Below, in pieces: positions 11,901 through 24,203 of a DNA stretch of 64,000 nt. The stretch's first letter is position 1. Each line of letters opens with the position of its first letter. A model generated the notes under the pieces. The model had not been told where the DNA came from. It saw only the letters and a list, made by a program, of their open reading frames with translations, and did no database searches. Origin of the DNA: Mytilus californianus (taxonomy: Eukaryota); NCBI RefSeq assembly GCF_021869535.1, contig NW_026262679.1:117924001-117988000 (forward strand), written 5' to 3'. The position numbers were made by a program, and so were the translations under genes.

Positions 11901-13275
11901 AGTGTATGCAATTGGGTTCAAAACAAAAACTTACACAACTATCAGAATTATGTATTACCGTCAATGAAACATGTATTGAAAATGTTCATTCTTTCAAATT
12001 ACTTGGAATTGACATTGATGAAAATTTAAGCTGGGAGGATCATGTTGATCGTATATGCAAGATTATCTCATCTAAAATATCACTTTTGTTTAAAATTAAA
12101 GTATATTTGCCTGTATACACAAGACAACTATTTTATAATGCATATATTCTACCATATATAGACTATTGTAGTTCAGTTTGGGGAAATTTATTACAAAAAG
12201 ATTCAGATAGAATCATAAAACTTCAAAAAAGAGTAGCAAGAATTATACTTGAATGCGATATTTCTGTTCCATCTAATTTTATGTTTTCATCTTTAAAATG
12301 GCTATCTTTTACAAAAAGAATAAAATACCAACAATCAATTCTAATGTATAAAATTGTAAATGGACTAACACCTGATTACTTAAAAATGCTAAATATTAAT
12401 GATGTGCAACACCACAACTTACGGTCTGTCTCTAATATAGACAATAACTGTTTAGTGTCTTTAAATATCAGCTGTATTTGTACGAGGCTAAGAAACAGGT
12501 GTAATGCGAGCTTCAGCGAGCTATTACTCCTGTTTCGAGCCGAGTACAAATACAGCTGATATTTAAAGACACTAAACAGTTATTGTCTTTATCCTGCAAT
12601 TAAATTTGTACATTTTTTCCCATCCCAATCGTTGAATTTGTTTTTGAAAGAAATCGACATGACTTAAACGCGGACCGCAATGAGGACCCCAAATTGAACT
12701 GTGACGTAAACAGTAATTTGACATAACCGTTCGCTCGCAACAGAAGCAGGATACCAGGAGACTATATACGTCTAGTATACGTATATCGCTTCGTGTTATC
12801 CGACACCTGTATTAGTATAGTAGAAAGGTCGATTGCAGGATAAAATGATCTATTTGTTCCAAGACCAAATACAAATTTTTATAAAAAATCTTTTCATTAT
12901 TCTGCAACAAAGGTATGGAATAATTTACCACTCAAAATAAAAAATTGTCGAAATGTGGAATTATTTAAGAAACATTGTTATAATCATTTTCTTGAAAATT
13001 CTATGCAAGTCGAATAATTTGTTTTCTTTCTTTTATTGTAAGAATAAGAAAATTTAATCAAAACTTTACCAATTATTGCCATTTATTGCCATTTGTATGT
13101 TTGAATGATTGAATTGTGTATATACAAGTAATATATATTGTATTTTAATATATGAATCGAATGTATGAATGTTAACTGTATACATGTATTTTGTTTGAGG
13201 GCCTCAATGAAAATTAGACTACTTCTAATTGAGTTACCCTCTTTAAATAAAGAATTTATTATTATTATTATTATT
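11901..13275 (+). mobile_element. 5'-truncated CR1-group (CR1/L2/Crack) LINE: RT thumb, 3' UTR and (ATT)n tail
   Basis: FKLLGIDIDENLSWEDHVDRICK...YIDYCSSVWGN...LQKRVARII. After the 12437-12843 insertion it resumes as NDLFVPRPNTNFYKKSFHYSATKVWNNLP. It has a 3' stem-loop, an (ATT)n tail and ATA at both junctions. Confidence 0.9.
12437..12843. mobile_element. Palindrome-plus-body element C
   Basis: Perfect 45 bp arms at 12439-12483 and 12544-12588. The body is bounded by TTATCCTGCAAT (12589-12600) and ATTGCAGGATAA (12832-12843). It interrupts the LINE reading frame cleanly (RSVSN|NDLFVP). Confidence 0.9.
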
Positions 13276-14419
13276 ATACGATACAGTTACATGGGAGGTA
13301 ATGACGTTGCTAACGTAAAATGTTATTTCGCGACGTCAAACTGTGACATATCTGGAAAAGATGCATTTTTCGACTGATTTTTATCATTCAGACTGATTTA
13401 ACTTGAAAACGAGTTCATGGACCCCTCTTTTTTGAAATGACACTAGGTTTTATTACATATGAAGATTATTTGTACCAATTTTTATGAAAAAGTCACCGAT
13501 GAAAATTTTTTAAATTAGATAAATATACCGTTTTTTTCTGAAATCATGAAACTTTAATAAAAATTGATTATTTCCAAAGAACCAAAAAAGTTAGGTATGT
13601 TTATCCAAAGGATAGAAATGTCCAAAACAACGAAATTTTGATTAAATGTCTAAAATTTCCACCCCATTTATCCCTTAAAGTAGCACATGAAGGTATATTT
13701 TTTATTACATATTTGAATTGACTAGGTGAAAAATAGTTTGTATGCAAATTTTCGTAAAAAAATCACCGTGGGATCAAAACTGTATCGTATGCCCATAAAG
13801 AGGTTACAAAACACAGAACATAATTTACATAAACATGTCGCGGTGTTTATAAAGACTTTTGTTAAATTTTGGTAATACTCCTATATTCATTATTAGATTA
13901 GAAAACAATAATAAAATATTCGTATTCTTTAATCGATATGTTTTTTATCACACTGTAAGCATATAAAATTGTATTTTTGTCAGACGAATGAAACTTGCAT
14001 GCAGTGTTGGCTTATTTACGCCCTCTTTCATTTATTAGATCATTTTCATCAAAATGTTGCCGCTCTAATTTAATGAGTTTAGAAGACGTTATAACCTTTT
14101 TTCATCTCAAACGTACGTAAATGTTATTTGTAAATGGAAATGTAATTGTTTTAACTTAGTTTTATAAATAGTAATTTGAAATATTCTCTAACTAGCTGTC
14201 TTACTTTTCAAGAAATACAATGATGTCTATTAACTTTTAAACCATGTAATAATTATATTCACACGTCGTAAAATATTTATAGTGTTTTGCAAATTGTTGC
14301 AGGTTTGTCTGCAAGAGATATTCTTGATAAGGAAACTTGAGTTTTCAGTAAGGAGAACTTTACAGGTCCAGTTTTTATGTTTATGTTTTTATGTAAATTG
14401 TTTTTGTGACTCGTACTGA

Positions 14420-15095
14420 TCTTTTGTGTTAAGCCAATTGCTTCTGTTTTTTTTTACAGTTTGTTCTTTATGTTGTGCTGTTACACCACTCTCCCATATT
14501 AGGGGAGGGTTGAGCGCTCACACTACATATTCTTTATGTGCCTGTCCCAAGTCAGGAGCCTGTAGTTCAGTGGTTGTCGTTGGTTCATGTCTGTCATATT
14601 TGTTATTCGTAAATTGTTTTGTAAACAATTAGGCCGTTAGTTTTCTCGTTTGAATTGTTTCACATTTTGCATGTCTGGTCCTTTAAGGTGGTACCAAACA
14701 CCTTGATTAAAATTAATTTGGCTCGTTTAATTTTCATAAAATTTTGACAAAATATTTACTTTGACCCTTTGACAAAAATATAGAAATTTCAAAAAACTTG
14801 AATCACACGCTTTATCGGAAAAATTTCATTGGATATATAACAGTTTGACAAACACTAATTTTGATCATTGAGAAGCTTATTATTTCCTTAACATTAGAAC
14901 GTGAGTAAAACGTTCAGCTGATTTTTACAGAGTTATCTCCCTGTAGTGTTATGTACCACCTTAATAGCCGTTTATACGGTATGAGCTTTCATTGTTAAAA
15001 GTCGTACGGTGGCATATAATTACTCACATCCACTTCATTTGAACTCTGGTGGATAGTCGTATCATTGGCAATCATACCACATCTCCTTATTTTTA
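14420..15095 (+). repeat. PLE 3'-end copy interrupted by a MITE
   Basis: Collinear with 56820-57190 once 14687-14964 is removed. Confidence 0.85.
14687..14960. mobile_element. Kolobok-type MITE (274 bp)
   Basis: TTAA|GGTGGTAC...GTACCACC|TTAA, with the host repeat continuing on both sides. Confidence 0.9.
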
Positions 15096-15384
15096 TATTA
15101 TTATATGGTGTTTACATAGTATTCAAGATAATTGCCAAAAACACACAACTCTTATAAAGAGTCGATTTATCATTTGGTTTATGTTGCCTTATTAGTATAT
15201 CTTATTTTGCTGACCATGTTTGAGTTTGCAGTTATTTTTTAGCTGTTCTTGATTTTAGAAAAATTGATTAAAAAGCATACATAAATTTTATATTCATAAT
15301 GTAAGGGTATAATTTCCTATAAGGAGTCGATTGTTTTTTTTCATTTACTTGACGTGTTTGTAGACCTTATTTATCTTATATTTA

Positions 15385-16165
15385 TCACACATTGTAAGGT
15401 TACAGATTGTCTACATCATATATGAGGAATATCACACATTGTAAGGTTACATGTACAGATTGTCTACATCATATATGAGGAATATCACACATTGTCAGGT
15501 TTGAGATTGTCTACATCTCACAAGGGGAATATCACACATTTTCAGGTTCCATTCTTATTGTCTACATCATATACGGGGAGTATTACACATTGTCAGGCTA
15601 GGAATTGTCTACATTATATATGGGGAATATCACACATTCTAAGTTCGAGAAAGTCTACATTTCACACATTGTCTGGTAAGAGATTGTCTACATTATATAC
15701 GGGGAATATCACACATTTTCAGGTTTGATATTGTCTGCATCATATACGAGGAATATCACACATTTTCAGGTTAGAGATTTTCTACATTATATATGGGGGT
15801 ATCACACATTGTAAGGTTACATGTACTGATTGTCTACATCACATACGGGGTTCAGGTTAGGAATTGTCAACATCATATATGGGGAGTTTCACACATTGTA
15901 AGGTTACATGTACAGCAGATTGTCTACGTCATATATGAGGAGTATCACACATTGTAAGGTTACATGTACAGCAGATTGTCTACGTCATATATGAGGAATA
16001 TCACACATTGCAAGGTAAGGAATTGACTACACCATATACGGGGATCAGGTTAGGAATTGTTTACATTATATATGGAGAATATTTCCCATTGTCAAGTTAG
16101 GTTGTCTACATTAGATATATGGGGAATATCACACATTGTCAAGTAAGAGATTGTCTACATCATGT
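15385..16165. repeat. Tandem array, variable 47-56 bp unit (~15 copies)
   Basis: TCACACATTGT.AGGTT...ATTGTCTACATCATATA.G.GGAATA repeated. Confidence 0.9.
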
Positions 16166-16589
16166 GGGGTATATCTCTAAGTAAGTGAAAAGTGCATGCT
16201 ACCTAAAGCTAAGTATTTTTGTCAGCATATAACATTCTTGATCTCAGCGTTCGGTTGTACAAACATGTAACCTATGTATATTTGACTGTAACGAACGTTT
16301 ATGTTGATTGCTTCAATGTAGTTCTTAATTAGAACCAAGCACATTTAATTGTAGAGACACACCAGTCCTTTATACATTTCACGTTATAATGTATGAAATT
16401 GGAGAACTGTAATCAAAAAGGAATAATTAAAAAACACTTAGTCTTTATCGTAAACCTGATGAGGTGTTCTGAAATAAAAAAAAAAAAACACTAACACAAA
16501 CCAAATGACAACAAAAGCGATTTAAAACGATTAAACAATAATACTAACTTTCCGAAGTAGCATTAGTCTATGCGTATATGAAGTCACCT

Positions 16590-17115
16590 CTTAATCACTG
16601 CATCTACAATTATAACTTTTTCGTGTGGGAATTAGGGGATACATATAGTATGTCCCCTACCTTAATCATTACATCTATAATTTAAGGAATTGGGTGATTT
16701 TTATATTAAGTACCCCTAATCATTGAATCAATGCTAATAACTTTCCGATGTTGGAATTAGGTGATCCTTTTTTAACCCCCCTTTCCTTCTTTCACCACTC
16801 CATCAACTTTCCCGTGTATGACATACGCGATCTTTCTAGTAACCCCCTCCCCCTTTATCAATAACTTTCCCTTAAATTACCCCCCCCCCCCATTTAATCA
16901 CTACACAATTCTATAAAATCCTTATATATATATAACCACTACATCTATGAGAATAACTTTTCAATGTAGGAGTTAGGCGATCCTTATATAACCCCCCTTT
17001 TATCACTACATCAATAATTATAAATTTCCCATGTAGGGCATAGGTGATCATTATATTATCCCCCTTTTTAATCACTACATCTATAACTAGAAGTTTCCGA
17101 TGTAAAAATTAGGCG
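16590..17115. repeat. Highly degenerate ~65-70 bp tandem array
   Basis: Recurrent AATCACTACATCTA...ATAACTTTCC...TTAGG.GATC...CCCCC. Confidence 0.7.
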
Positions 17116-17273
17116 TTCCCGCTAGCAATGATATCAAAATCACAAATTACGATATAATGATTCTTCAGAATACAATAGTAGTGATACCATAGCATACGAT
17201 ACAATGATGCTTCAGAATATAATTACAATGATACCATGGCATACGATACAATGATGCTTCAGAATATAATTAC

Positions 17274-19098
17274 AACAAGAAATGATTGTAACAGGATGCT
17301 GTTACGAAGACTCCCAAACAAAGTTCACATAATTACAGTCATTCCCATGGTCGCCGGACATTGGGCAAAGTCCAGTAAAAATTGGTTTGGTCCAGTAAAG
17401 TGATATGCATTAGTGACCCCTGGAGACTGACCTTATATATCATTCAAATCTTCGTGACATGACAAACAGGAATATATATGGTTTAAGGGTGGGGATCTTT
17501 ACTATTTACAAGATATTTGAACATATTCAAATGACAGGGGTTGGGGATGACCCCTTGGGGATGACCCTGTATATCATTCACATCATCTTGGCATGACAAA
17601 CCAGAATATACATGGTTTAGGGGTGGGGATCTTCACCATTTACCAGATATTAGAACTTTCTCAAATTACAGGGGGTAGGGGGTAATCCCTGGGGACTGAA
17701 CCTATATATCCTTCAAATCTTCTTGACTTGGCGAATAGGAATATATATGGTTTAGGGGTGGGGATCTCGACCATTTACAAGATATAAGATCATTGGGGGT
17801 GATGGAACCCTTGGGGACTAACCCTATATATCATTCGAATATTTGTGACATGACAAACAGGAATATATATGGTTAAGGAGTGGGGATCTCGACCATTTAC
17901 AAAATATTAGAACTTTCTCAAATGGCAGGTGGTGGGGTGACCCCTAGAGACTAATTTCTTATATAATTTGATGTGCTGTTTCATGACAAACCAGAATATA
18001 TATGGTTTAGGGGTGGGGATCTCGACCACTTACAAGATATTAGAACTTTGTCAAATGGCAGGGGGTAGGTTTGCCCCTGGGGACTAACCCTTTATTTCAT
18101 TTGATGTGCTTTATCGTGTAGAACATTTTCAATAATATAGATTGTGTCTATCACTTACTGTTTTCAAGTTATAATCATTTGAAAATAAAAAATATAAAAT
18201 CCCATAGGGTTTCTATAGTAAACCCCTCCCTTCTTTTTGCCCCTCAAAGTACCCCTTTTTAGACCTCAATGCACAAACGAAACCCTGATTGCCCCACTAG
18301 ACATGTTAGTCTAACATATTGTGAAACCTTAAGTAAATCTGACTAGCGGTTTTCGAGAACGGGTGCGGACAAGTTCATTTAAAAATGCGGCGGAAGAGGA
18401 AGAGGGAAGAGGAAGAGGAAGAAGAATAATAACTAGAATTGCCATTGCAAGCAAGAGCGGATGTCACCTGCCCCCATTGCCACGGTTACGGAAGCCATTT
18501 TGAAAATTCTAAAGTCGAATGCTAGATAAATATATACCAGTTAACATTTCTGTAAAATTTTGTTAAGTTTGGAGCATTTTGATTTTTTTTTACACTTTAG
18601 CTGTTTCCACGGCAACGGCGGCCATTTTGGAAATTCCAAAGTCAAAAGTCTCATCTTCACTTGCCAGTTAACAATTATATTAAGTTTCATTAAATTTGGA
18701 GCATTTTGAAATTTTTAGACATTTTTGTATTTGTGATGTTTCCATGATAACAGTGTCTGTTTCCACAATTTCAAAGACAGATGCCACATTGGCACATGAC
18801 AGGGAACATACCATGAAAGAATCACGGTGTTTGGCCTACCATGTTAAGTGAGTAAATGCCACTGAAAGAATTTTCCCATAGGGTCCAATGGTAAACTTTT
18901 TCTCCGGTTTCCATGGCAATGGCAGCCATTTTGGAAATTCCAAAGTTAAATGCACGGACAAAAATGTTGGAAGAATAATAATAATAATGAAGAAACGGAG
19001 AAAAAGCAATATGTCACCTCACATTGTCGATCGGGTGACATAATTATTATAAGAACTGAGCAAAAACAATGTCTCCAAACTTTGTTTGGGAGACTTAA
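17274..19098 (+). mobile_element. HINE-like element with an internal ~134 bp tandem array, inserted in the 47 bp satellite
   Basis: AACAAG start. Subterminal IR AAGACTCCCAAACAAAGTT (17307-17325) matches AACTTTGTTTGGGAGACTT (19078-19096) at 18/19. There is a 3' GTCTCC...GGAGAC hairpin, and GGGGATCT recurs at 17491, 17625, 17760, 17882 and 18015. Confidence 0.85.
18431..19043 (+). mobile_element. Second HINE-like element nested in the (AAG/AAT)n tract of the first
   Basis: AACTAG start, ATGTCACC at 18461 and 19011, terminal GGTGACAT at 19034-19041 (hairpin), and its own (AAT)n microsatellite. Confidence 0.8.
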
Positions 19099-19852
19099 TA
19101 ATACCATGAAATACGATACAATGATACTTCAGAATGCAATAGTAATGATACCATAGCATATGATACAATAGTAATGATACCATAGCATATGATACAATAG
19201 TAATGATACCATAGCATACGATACAGTGGTGCTGCAGAATATAATTACAATGATACCATAGCATACGATACAATGATGCTTCAGAATGCAATAGTAATGA
19301 TACCATAGCATACGATACAATGATGCTTCAGAATATGATTACAATGATACCATGGCATTCGATACAATGATGCTTCAGAATGGAATAGTAATGATACCAT
19401 AGCATACGATACAATGATGCTTCAGAATACAGTTGCAATGACACTATAGCATACGATACAATGATGCTTTAGAATATAATAGTAATGATACCATAGCATA
19501 CAATGCAATGATGCTTCAGAATACAGTTACAATGATACCATAGCATACGATACAATGATTCTTCAAAATATAATAGCAATGATACCATAGCATACAATAC
19601 AATGATTCTTCAAAATATAATAGCAATGATACCATAGCATACAATACAATAATGCTTAAGAATACAGTTGCAATGATACAATAGCATAAGAAACAATGAT
19701 GCTTCAGAATACAATAGCAATGTTACCATAGCACACAATACAATTGTGCTTAAGAATACAATAGCAATGATACAATGATGCTTCAGAATGCAATGGCAAT
19801 GATACCATAGCATACAATACAACGATGCTTTACAATACAGTTGCAATGATAC

Positions 19853-20403
19853 TATACAATTATAGCCTTTGTAGGAGGTCGATACAAGGATATATTGACC
19901 TGAAAGAAGTATATTGACTGAGGACGAAGTCCGAGGTCGATATACTTCTTTGGGTCGATATATCCTGTATTGACCTCATAAATAGGCTATAATTGTTATA
20001 TTATTAATTTCCGACCATATTTGTATCAAAATCGTCATTTGATTTTGTTGTAATTCTATAGATATCATATTGTCTTCTAGACAATAACAACAGATTAGTT
20101 GTTATTTCATTTACTTTTTTGATGTTTTTTTTACATGTTATGTATTTGAAGATTTTTTTTCTTCAAATAATCGATCATAGATATTTTTTTTATAAAACTT
20201 TTAACAATATCATGAAATTCATAACATGACGTCACAAAGTATATCGGTTTTTAGATATTCTAAAAATAACCGTGCAATATGCTTTTTGCCGTGCAATATG
20301 CATTTTGCTATCCGCCGTTTTCTCTCTACCTTCGAAAATATAGTTTAACATGTGACTATCCCTGAACGAATCAAATTAGTTAAAATATACGAATTAATAA
20401 TAT
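19853..20403. mobile_element. Palindrome-plus-body element A
   Basis: Palindrome at 19853-19998 centred on GGAC-GAA-GTCC. The body is bounded by ATATTATTAATT (19998-20009) and AATTAATAATAT (20392-20403). Inserted in the 47 bp satellite. Confidence 0.85.
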
Positions 20404-20523
20404 CATTGTATATGATACAATGATGCTTCAGAATATAATAGCTATAATACCATTGCATACGATATAATGATACTTCAGAATACAATACTACGGCGATAGA
20501 TATAAAGATATTGTTCATACTTA

Positions 20524-20886
20524 ATATTATTAATCGAATATTTTTAAGGATTTGTGATTCGTGAAAACTTGATCACATGTACATTTGTATTTGCTCAGTT
20601 TGCACGCCAATACTGTTGTGTTTAGCTTTTCGTAGGTCAAAAACAGCATATTGCACAGGGCATACAGCATGTTACTAAAAATAGATTCTAGAAATCCCCA
20701 ATTTTACATTGTTCATGCTATAGTTGTTGATTAATAATATAACAATTGTAGCCTTTGGTTGAGGTCAATACGATGTTATATCGACCCAGAGAAGCATATC
20801 GACCTCGGACTTCGTCCTCAGTCAATATGCTTCTCTTAGGTCGATATAACCTCGTATCGACCTCATACAAAGGCTATAATTGTATA
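20524..20886. mobile_element. Palindrome-plus-body element B (same family as A, opposite orientation)
   Basis: The body is bounded by ATATTATTAATC (20524-20535) and GATTAATAATAT (20729-20740). The palindrome at 20741-20886 is centred on GGAC-TTC-GTCC and is nearly the reverse complement of A's palindrome. Confidence 0.85.
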
Positions 20887-21571
20887 ATATCATGACTGAC
20901 AGATATTTTAAAAACAGTTTTTAACTAGGTGTGAGGATAATTTTCTTTTGACAAATTTACACAGAGTGAAAAACATTTGAATGATTTTTTGAAACACTCT
21001 AAAATAAATCTTTTTTGGTAAATATTGGTTTAAGAAAATGATACCACAACGCCGAAAATATTATATTTCCGCTGGCAACAACGCCGTCATTGCATCATCA
21101 TCAACGCAGTTTTTCATGGACGGTGAAAGCAGTACACACATCAAGAGAAGGCGTAATACACAATGATTGATTAACACTGTATCTTTGTCAAATATCAAAA
21201 AATGATCTCCTGCCTTTACAAATATTTGGCCGTTTCTACTACAAGATATGGTTTTGGTTATTTTGTAGTCTGTTGAAATTGTCTAAATGGCTATTTAATG
21301 CACCGAGCACCTAACAACTACCTGTAAACAGTCGATTTATATCATTATAACCTATACATCTTACAAATATACACATTTGTACCTAATGTTCTTCGTTTTA
21401 TATTAACTGAAACATGATCTATTATATATGTTAGATTAAAAATAAATGGTTTATGAAACAGTTTTCATTAAAAGCCGTTAACAAAGCCATTTATTTGAAA
21501 TAACAACATAATTTGATAAATAGGTGCAAGTGTATCAATTCTGACGCATCTAATTTTTAATTTATATGTAG

Positions 21572-21626
21572 CATGCTGAAAGTCTTAAAGATTTATCAGA
21601 CAAAGTTATTAAACATGTGTCAGAAG
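21572..21626 (+). other. Candidate 55 bp exon of an unidentified gene
   Basis: T-rich tract plus TAG acceptor, AG|GTGAAA donor, and an open frame HAESLKDLSDKVIKHVSE. No homology recognised. Confidence 0.2.
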
Positions 21627-21834
21627 GTGAAACGTAGATATCTTTTAATGACAGAATCGTTAGTTTTCTTTTTCTTAGTTTTACGGTGTTGGAATTTGAA
21701 TATCCTGTATATGTTAATTCACAAGTAGTGCAACATGCATATATAGGACGCCCAGCTTAGACTTTATGTCTGATTTAATTAACATGGTGACCGATATATG
21801 GCGGTTTGATGAAGTGCTTATTGACAAAATGTGA

Positions 21835-21975
21835 AAAAATTCAAAGAGAAATCCAACGGCCTGATTCATGTTAAAACGACTAGCGAAAAACAAATAAGAC
21901 AATCCAATGAATTACAGACTCTTGACTTGGTACAGCACAGAAGAATGGGGCGGGGTTAATATGTTTGAGAGTGCT
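21835..21975 (-). repeat. Partial PLE 3'-end copy
   Basis: AACGGCCTGATT...CGAAAAACAAATA...ACAGACTCTTGACTTGGTACAG...GCGGGGTTAA is the reverse complement of part of 56895-57030. Confidence 0.65.
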
Positions 21976-22116
21976 GAAATCCCCCCTTACCTGCAAGAAC
22001 AGCATATAAGAATCAGGCTGAAAAGGCAATGATTCTACTAACTTTGAAATCCCCCTTTACCTGCAAGAACAGAATATAGGAATCAGGCTGAAAAGGCAAT
22101 AATTCTACTAACTTTG
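21976..22116. repeat. 70 bp tandem duplication
   Basis: GAAATCCCCC.TTACCTGCAAGAACAG...TTCTACTAACTTTG at 21976 and 22046. Confidence 0.9.
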
Positions 22117-22296
22117 TCTGTCTATTATAATTTAGGGATTAACTTGTTAGCGGACGCCCGACCCTTCATCTGACTTGGGATAGCGGTATAACAGCACAAC
22201 GCATTGCTAAGTTATAGAACACTTACTAGAGGCCGAGATAAAACAATATTTAACAACTTTTTTGTTCCATTTAGTGACATAATCGTAATTAATGTT

Positions 22297-23590
22297 ACAA
22301 CCCAAATCACTACTGACTGGGAAGCATGACAACCTCCGCAAGGAAAAGTAGTGATAAGCAGGTACTATATAATAGATGTTAATTGAGTACAACCCCAATC
22401 ACTACTCACTGGGAAGCATGACAACCTCCGCAAGGAAGAGTAGTGATAAACAGGTACTATATAATAGATGTTATTTGAGTACAACCCCCAATCACTACTG
22501 ACTGGGAAGCATGACAACCTCCGCAAGAAAGAGTAGTGATAAACAGGTACTATATAATAGATGTTAATCGAGTACAACCCCAATCACTACTGACTGGGAA
22601 GCATGACAACCTCCGTAAGGAAGAGTAGTGATAAGCAGGTACTATATAATAGATGTTAATCGAGTACAACCCCAATCACTACTGACTGGGAAGCATGACA
22701 ACCTCCGTAAGGAAGAGTAGTGATAAGCAGGTACTATATAATAGATGTTATTTGAGTACAACCCCAATCACTACTGACTGGGAAGCATGACAACCTCCGT
22801 AAGGAAGAGTAGTGATAAGCAGGTACTATATAATAGATATTAATTGAGTACAACCCCAATCACTACTGACTGGGAAGCATGACAACCTCCGCAAGGAAGA
22901 GTAGTGATAAGAAGGTACTATATAATAGATGTTAATTGAGTACAACCCCAATCACTACTGACTGGGAAGCATGACAACCTCAGTAAGGAAGAGTAGTGAT
23001 AAGCAGGTACTATATAATAGATGTTAATTGAGTACAACCCCAATCACTACTGACTTGAAAGTATGACAACCTCCGCAAGGAAGAGTAGTGATAAGCAGGT
23101 ACTATATAATAGATGTTAATTGAGTACAACCCCAATCACTACTGACTGGGAAGCATGACAACCTCCGCAAGGAAGAGCAGTAGTAAGCAGGTACTATATA
23201 AGAAATGTTAATTGAGTACAACCCCAATCACTACTGACTGGGAAGCATGACAACCTCCGCAAGGAAGAGTAGTGATAAGCAGGTACTATATAATAGATGT
23301 TAATTGAGTACAACCCCAATCACTACTGACTGGGAAGCATGACAACATCCGCAAGGAAGAGTAGTAGTAAGCAGGTACTATATAAGAAATGTTAATTGAG
23401 TACAACCCCAATCACTACTGACTGGGAAGCATGACAACCTCCGCAAGGAAGAGTAGTGATAAGCAGGTACTATATAATAGATGTTATTTGAGTACAACCC
23501 CAATCACTACTGACTGGGAAGCATGACAACCTCCGCAAGGAAGAGTAGTGATAAGCAGGTACTATGTAATAGATGTTAATTGAGTGCAAA
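22297..23590. repeat. Homogeneous 92 bp tandem array (~14 copies) with an internal inverted repeat
   Basis: Unit starts at 22391, 22483, 22576 and 22668. Each unit holds ATCACTACT...AGTAGTGAT. Confidence 0.95.
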
Positions 23591-23950
23591 TCAAACAACA
23601 GGATTTGTCAGCAGCAAATGTGTACAGTATCAAAGTTTTCTTATTATATTTATACGGCATTCAACATTCCATTTATTCTTCTCGTAAATAAGTAAAAATG
23701 TTTCATTAGAAGCAAACTATGCAATTAATTAATTTCAAGTAATATATGATTTAAACAGAATCTTTCATTAGATAAAAGTACATTGAAACTTGAGCACATC
23801 AATAAAAATATCACAAGTTATTACTACAAACAAACAAACAAACAAACAGGCAGACAAACATGGTAGTATAATCAATTACAACTTATTGACTCCAATTGCA
23901 GTGAAACCAAGATTTTTTTTCAGGACACATGTCAATCCAACGAAGATTTA

Positions 23951-24203
23951 TGGATTAATTGCTTGTTGGTGTTTAACGCCACTTTTAGCACTTATGACGA
24001 TATCGCAATGGCCAGTATTTATTGGCGGAGGAAGCCGAAGAGAATCACCGACATTTGGCAGGAAACTGGCAATCCTAACCAATTAAGATTGGAGTCAAAC
24101 GCATCTGCCATGAATGTGAGGAGGTTCCAACTCACAACCTCAGTGTTGACAGGCTAGTGATACAGTTTATGCACTACTTAGACCACTCGGCCACCGAAGC
24201 CCC
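23951..24203 (-). mobile_element. tRNA-derived SINE (V-SINE/RUDI-like)
   Basis: On the minus strand: A box TGGCCGAGTGG, B-box-like GAGTTGGAACC, central ...CGGCTTCCTCCGCCAATAAA, and a 3' AAAAGTGGCGTTAAACACC. Confidence 0.8.

Larger units (their letters stand above)
11894..13794 (+). mobile_element. Kolobok-type non-autonomous DNA transposon, left TIR split by a LINE
   Basis: Removing the LINE restores GGGCATACGATACAGTT, the exact inverse of AACTGTATCGTATGCCC (13778-13794). A 4 bp ATAA duplication lies at 11890-11893 and 13795-13798. GG termini with a TTAA-like TSD fit Kolobok. Confidence 0.8.
17130..20490. repeat. 47 bp satellite array, interrupted by 17274-19098 and 19853-20403
   Basis: Unit ATACCATAGCATACGATACAATGATGCTTCAGAATATAATTACAATG (period 47 at 19261/19308). 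Segments lie at 17130-17273, 19099-19852 and 20404-20490. Confidence 0.9.

Noticed and set aside
12437-12559. C-terminal part of the 217 aa ORF
   Set aside because: It is read-through from the LINE RT into palindrome element C, not part of the RT.
16444-16479. Hammerhead-like TTTATC-GTAAAC-CTGATGA-GGTGTTCT-GAAATAAA
   Set aside because: The core motifs are in type III order, but stems I and II would be only 2 bp each and stem III pairs A/T runs. This is compatible with chance in AT-rich DNA.
22297-23590. CRISPR array or tandem C/D snoRNAs
   Set aside because: There are no unique spacers, no cas genes and the context is eukaryotic. The C-box match is poor (ATGACAA) and there is no terminal stem.
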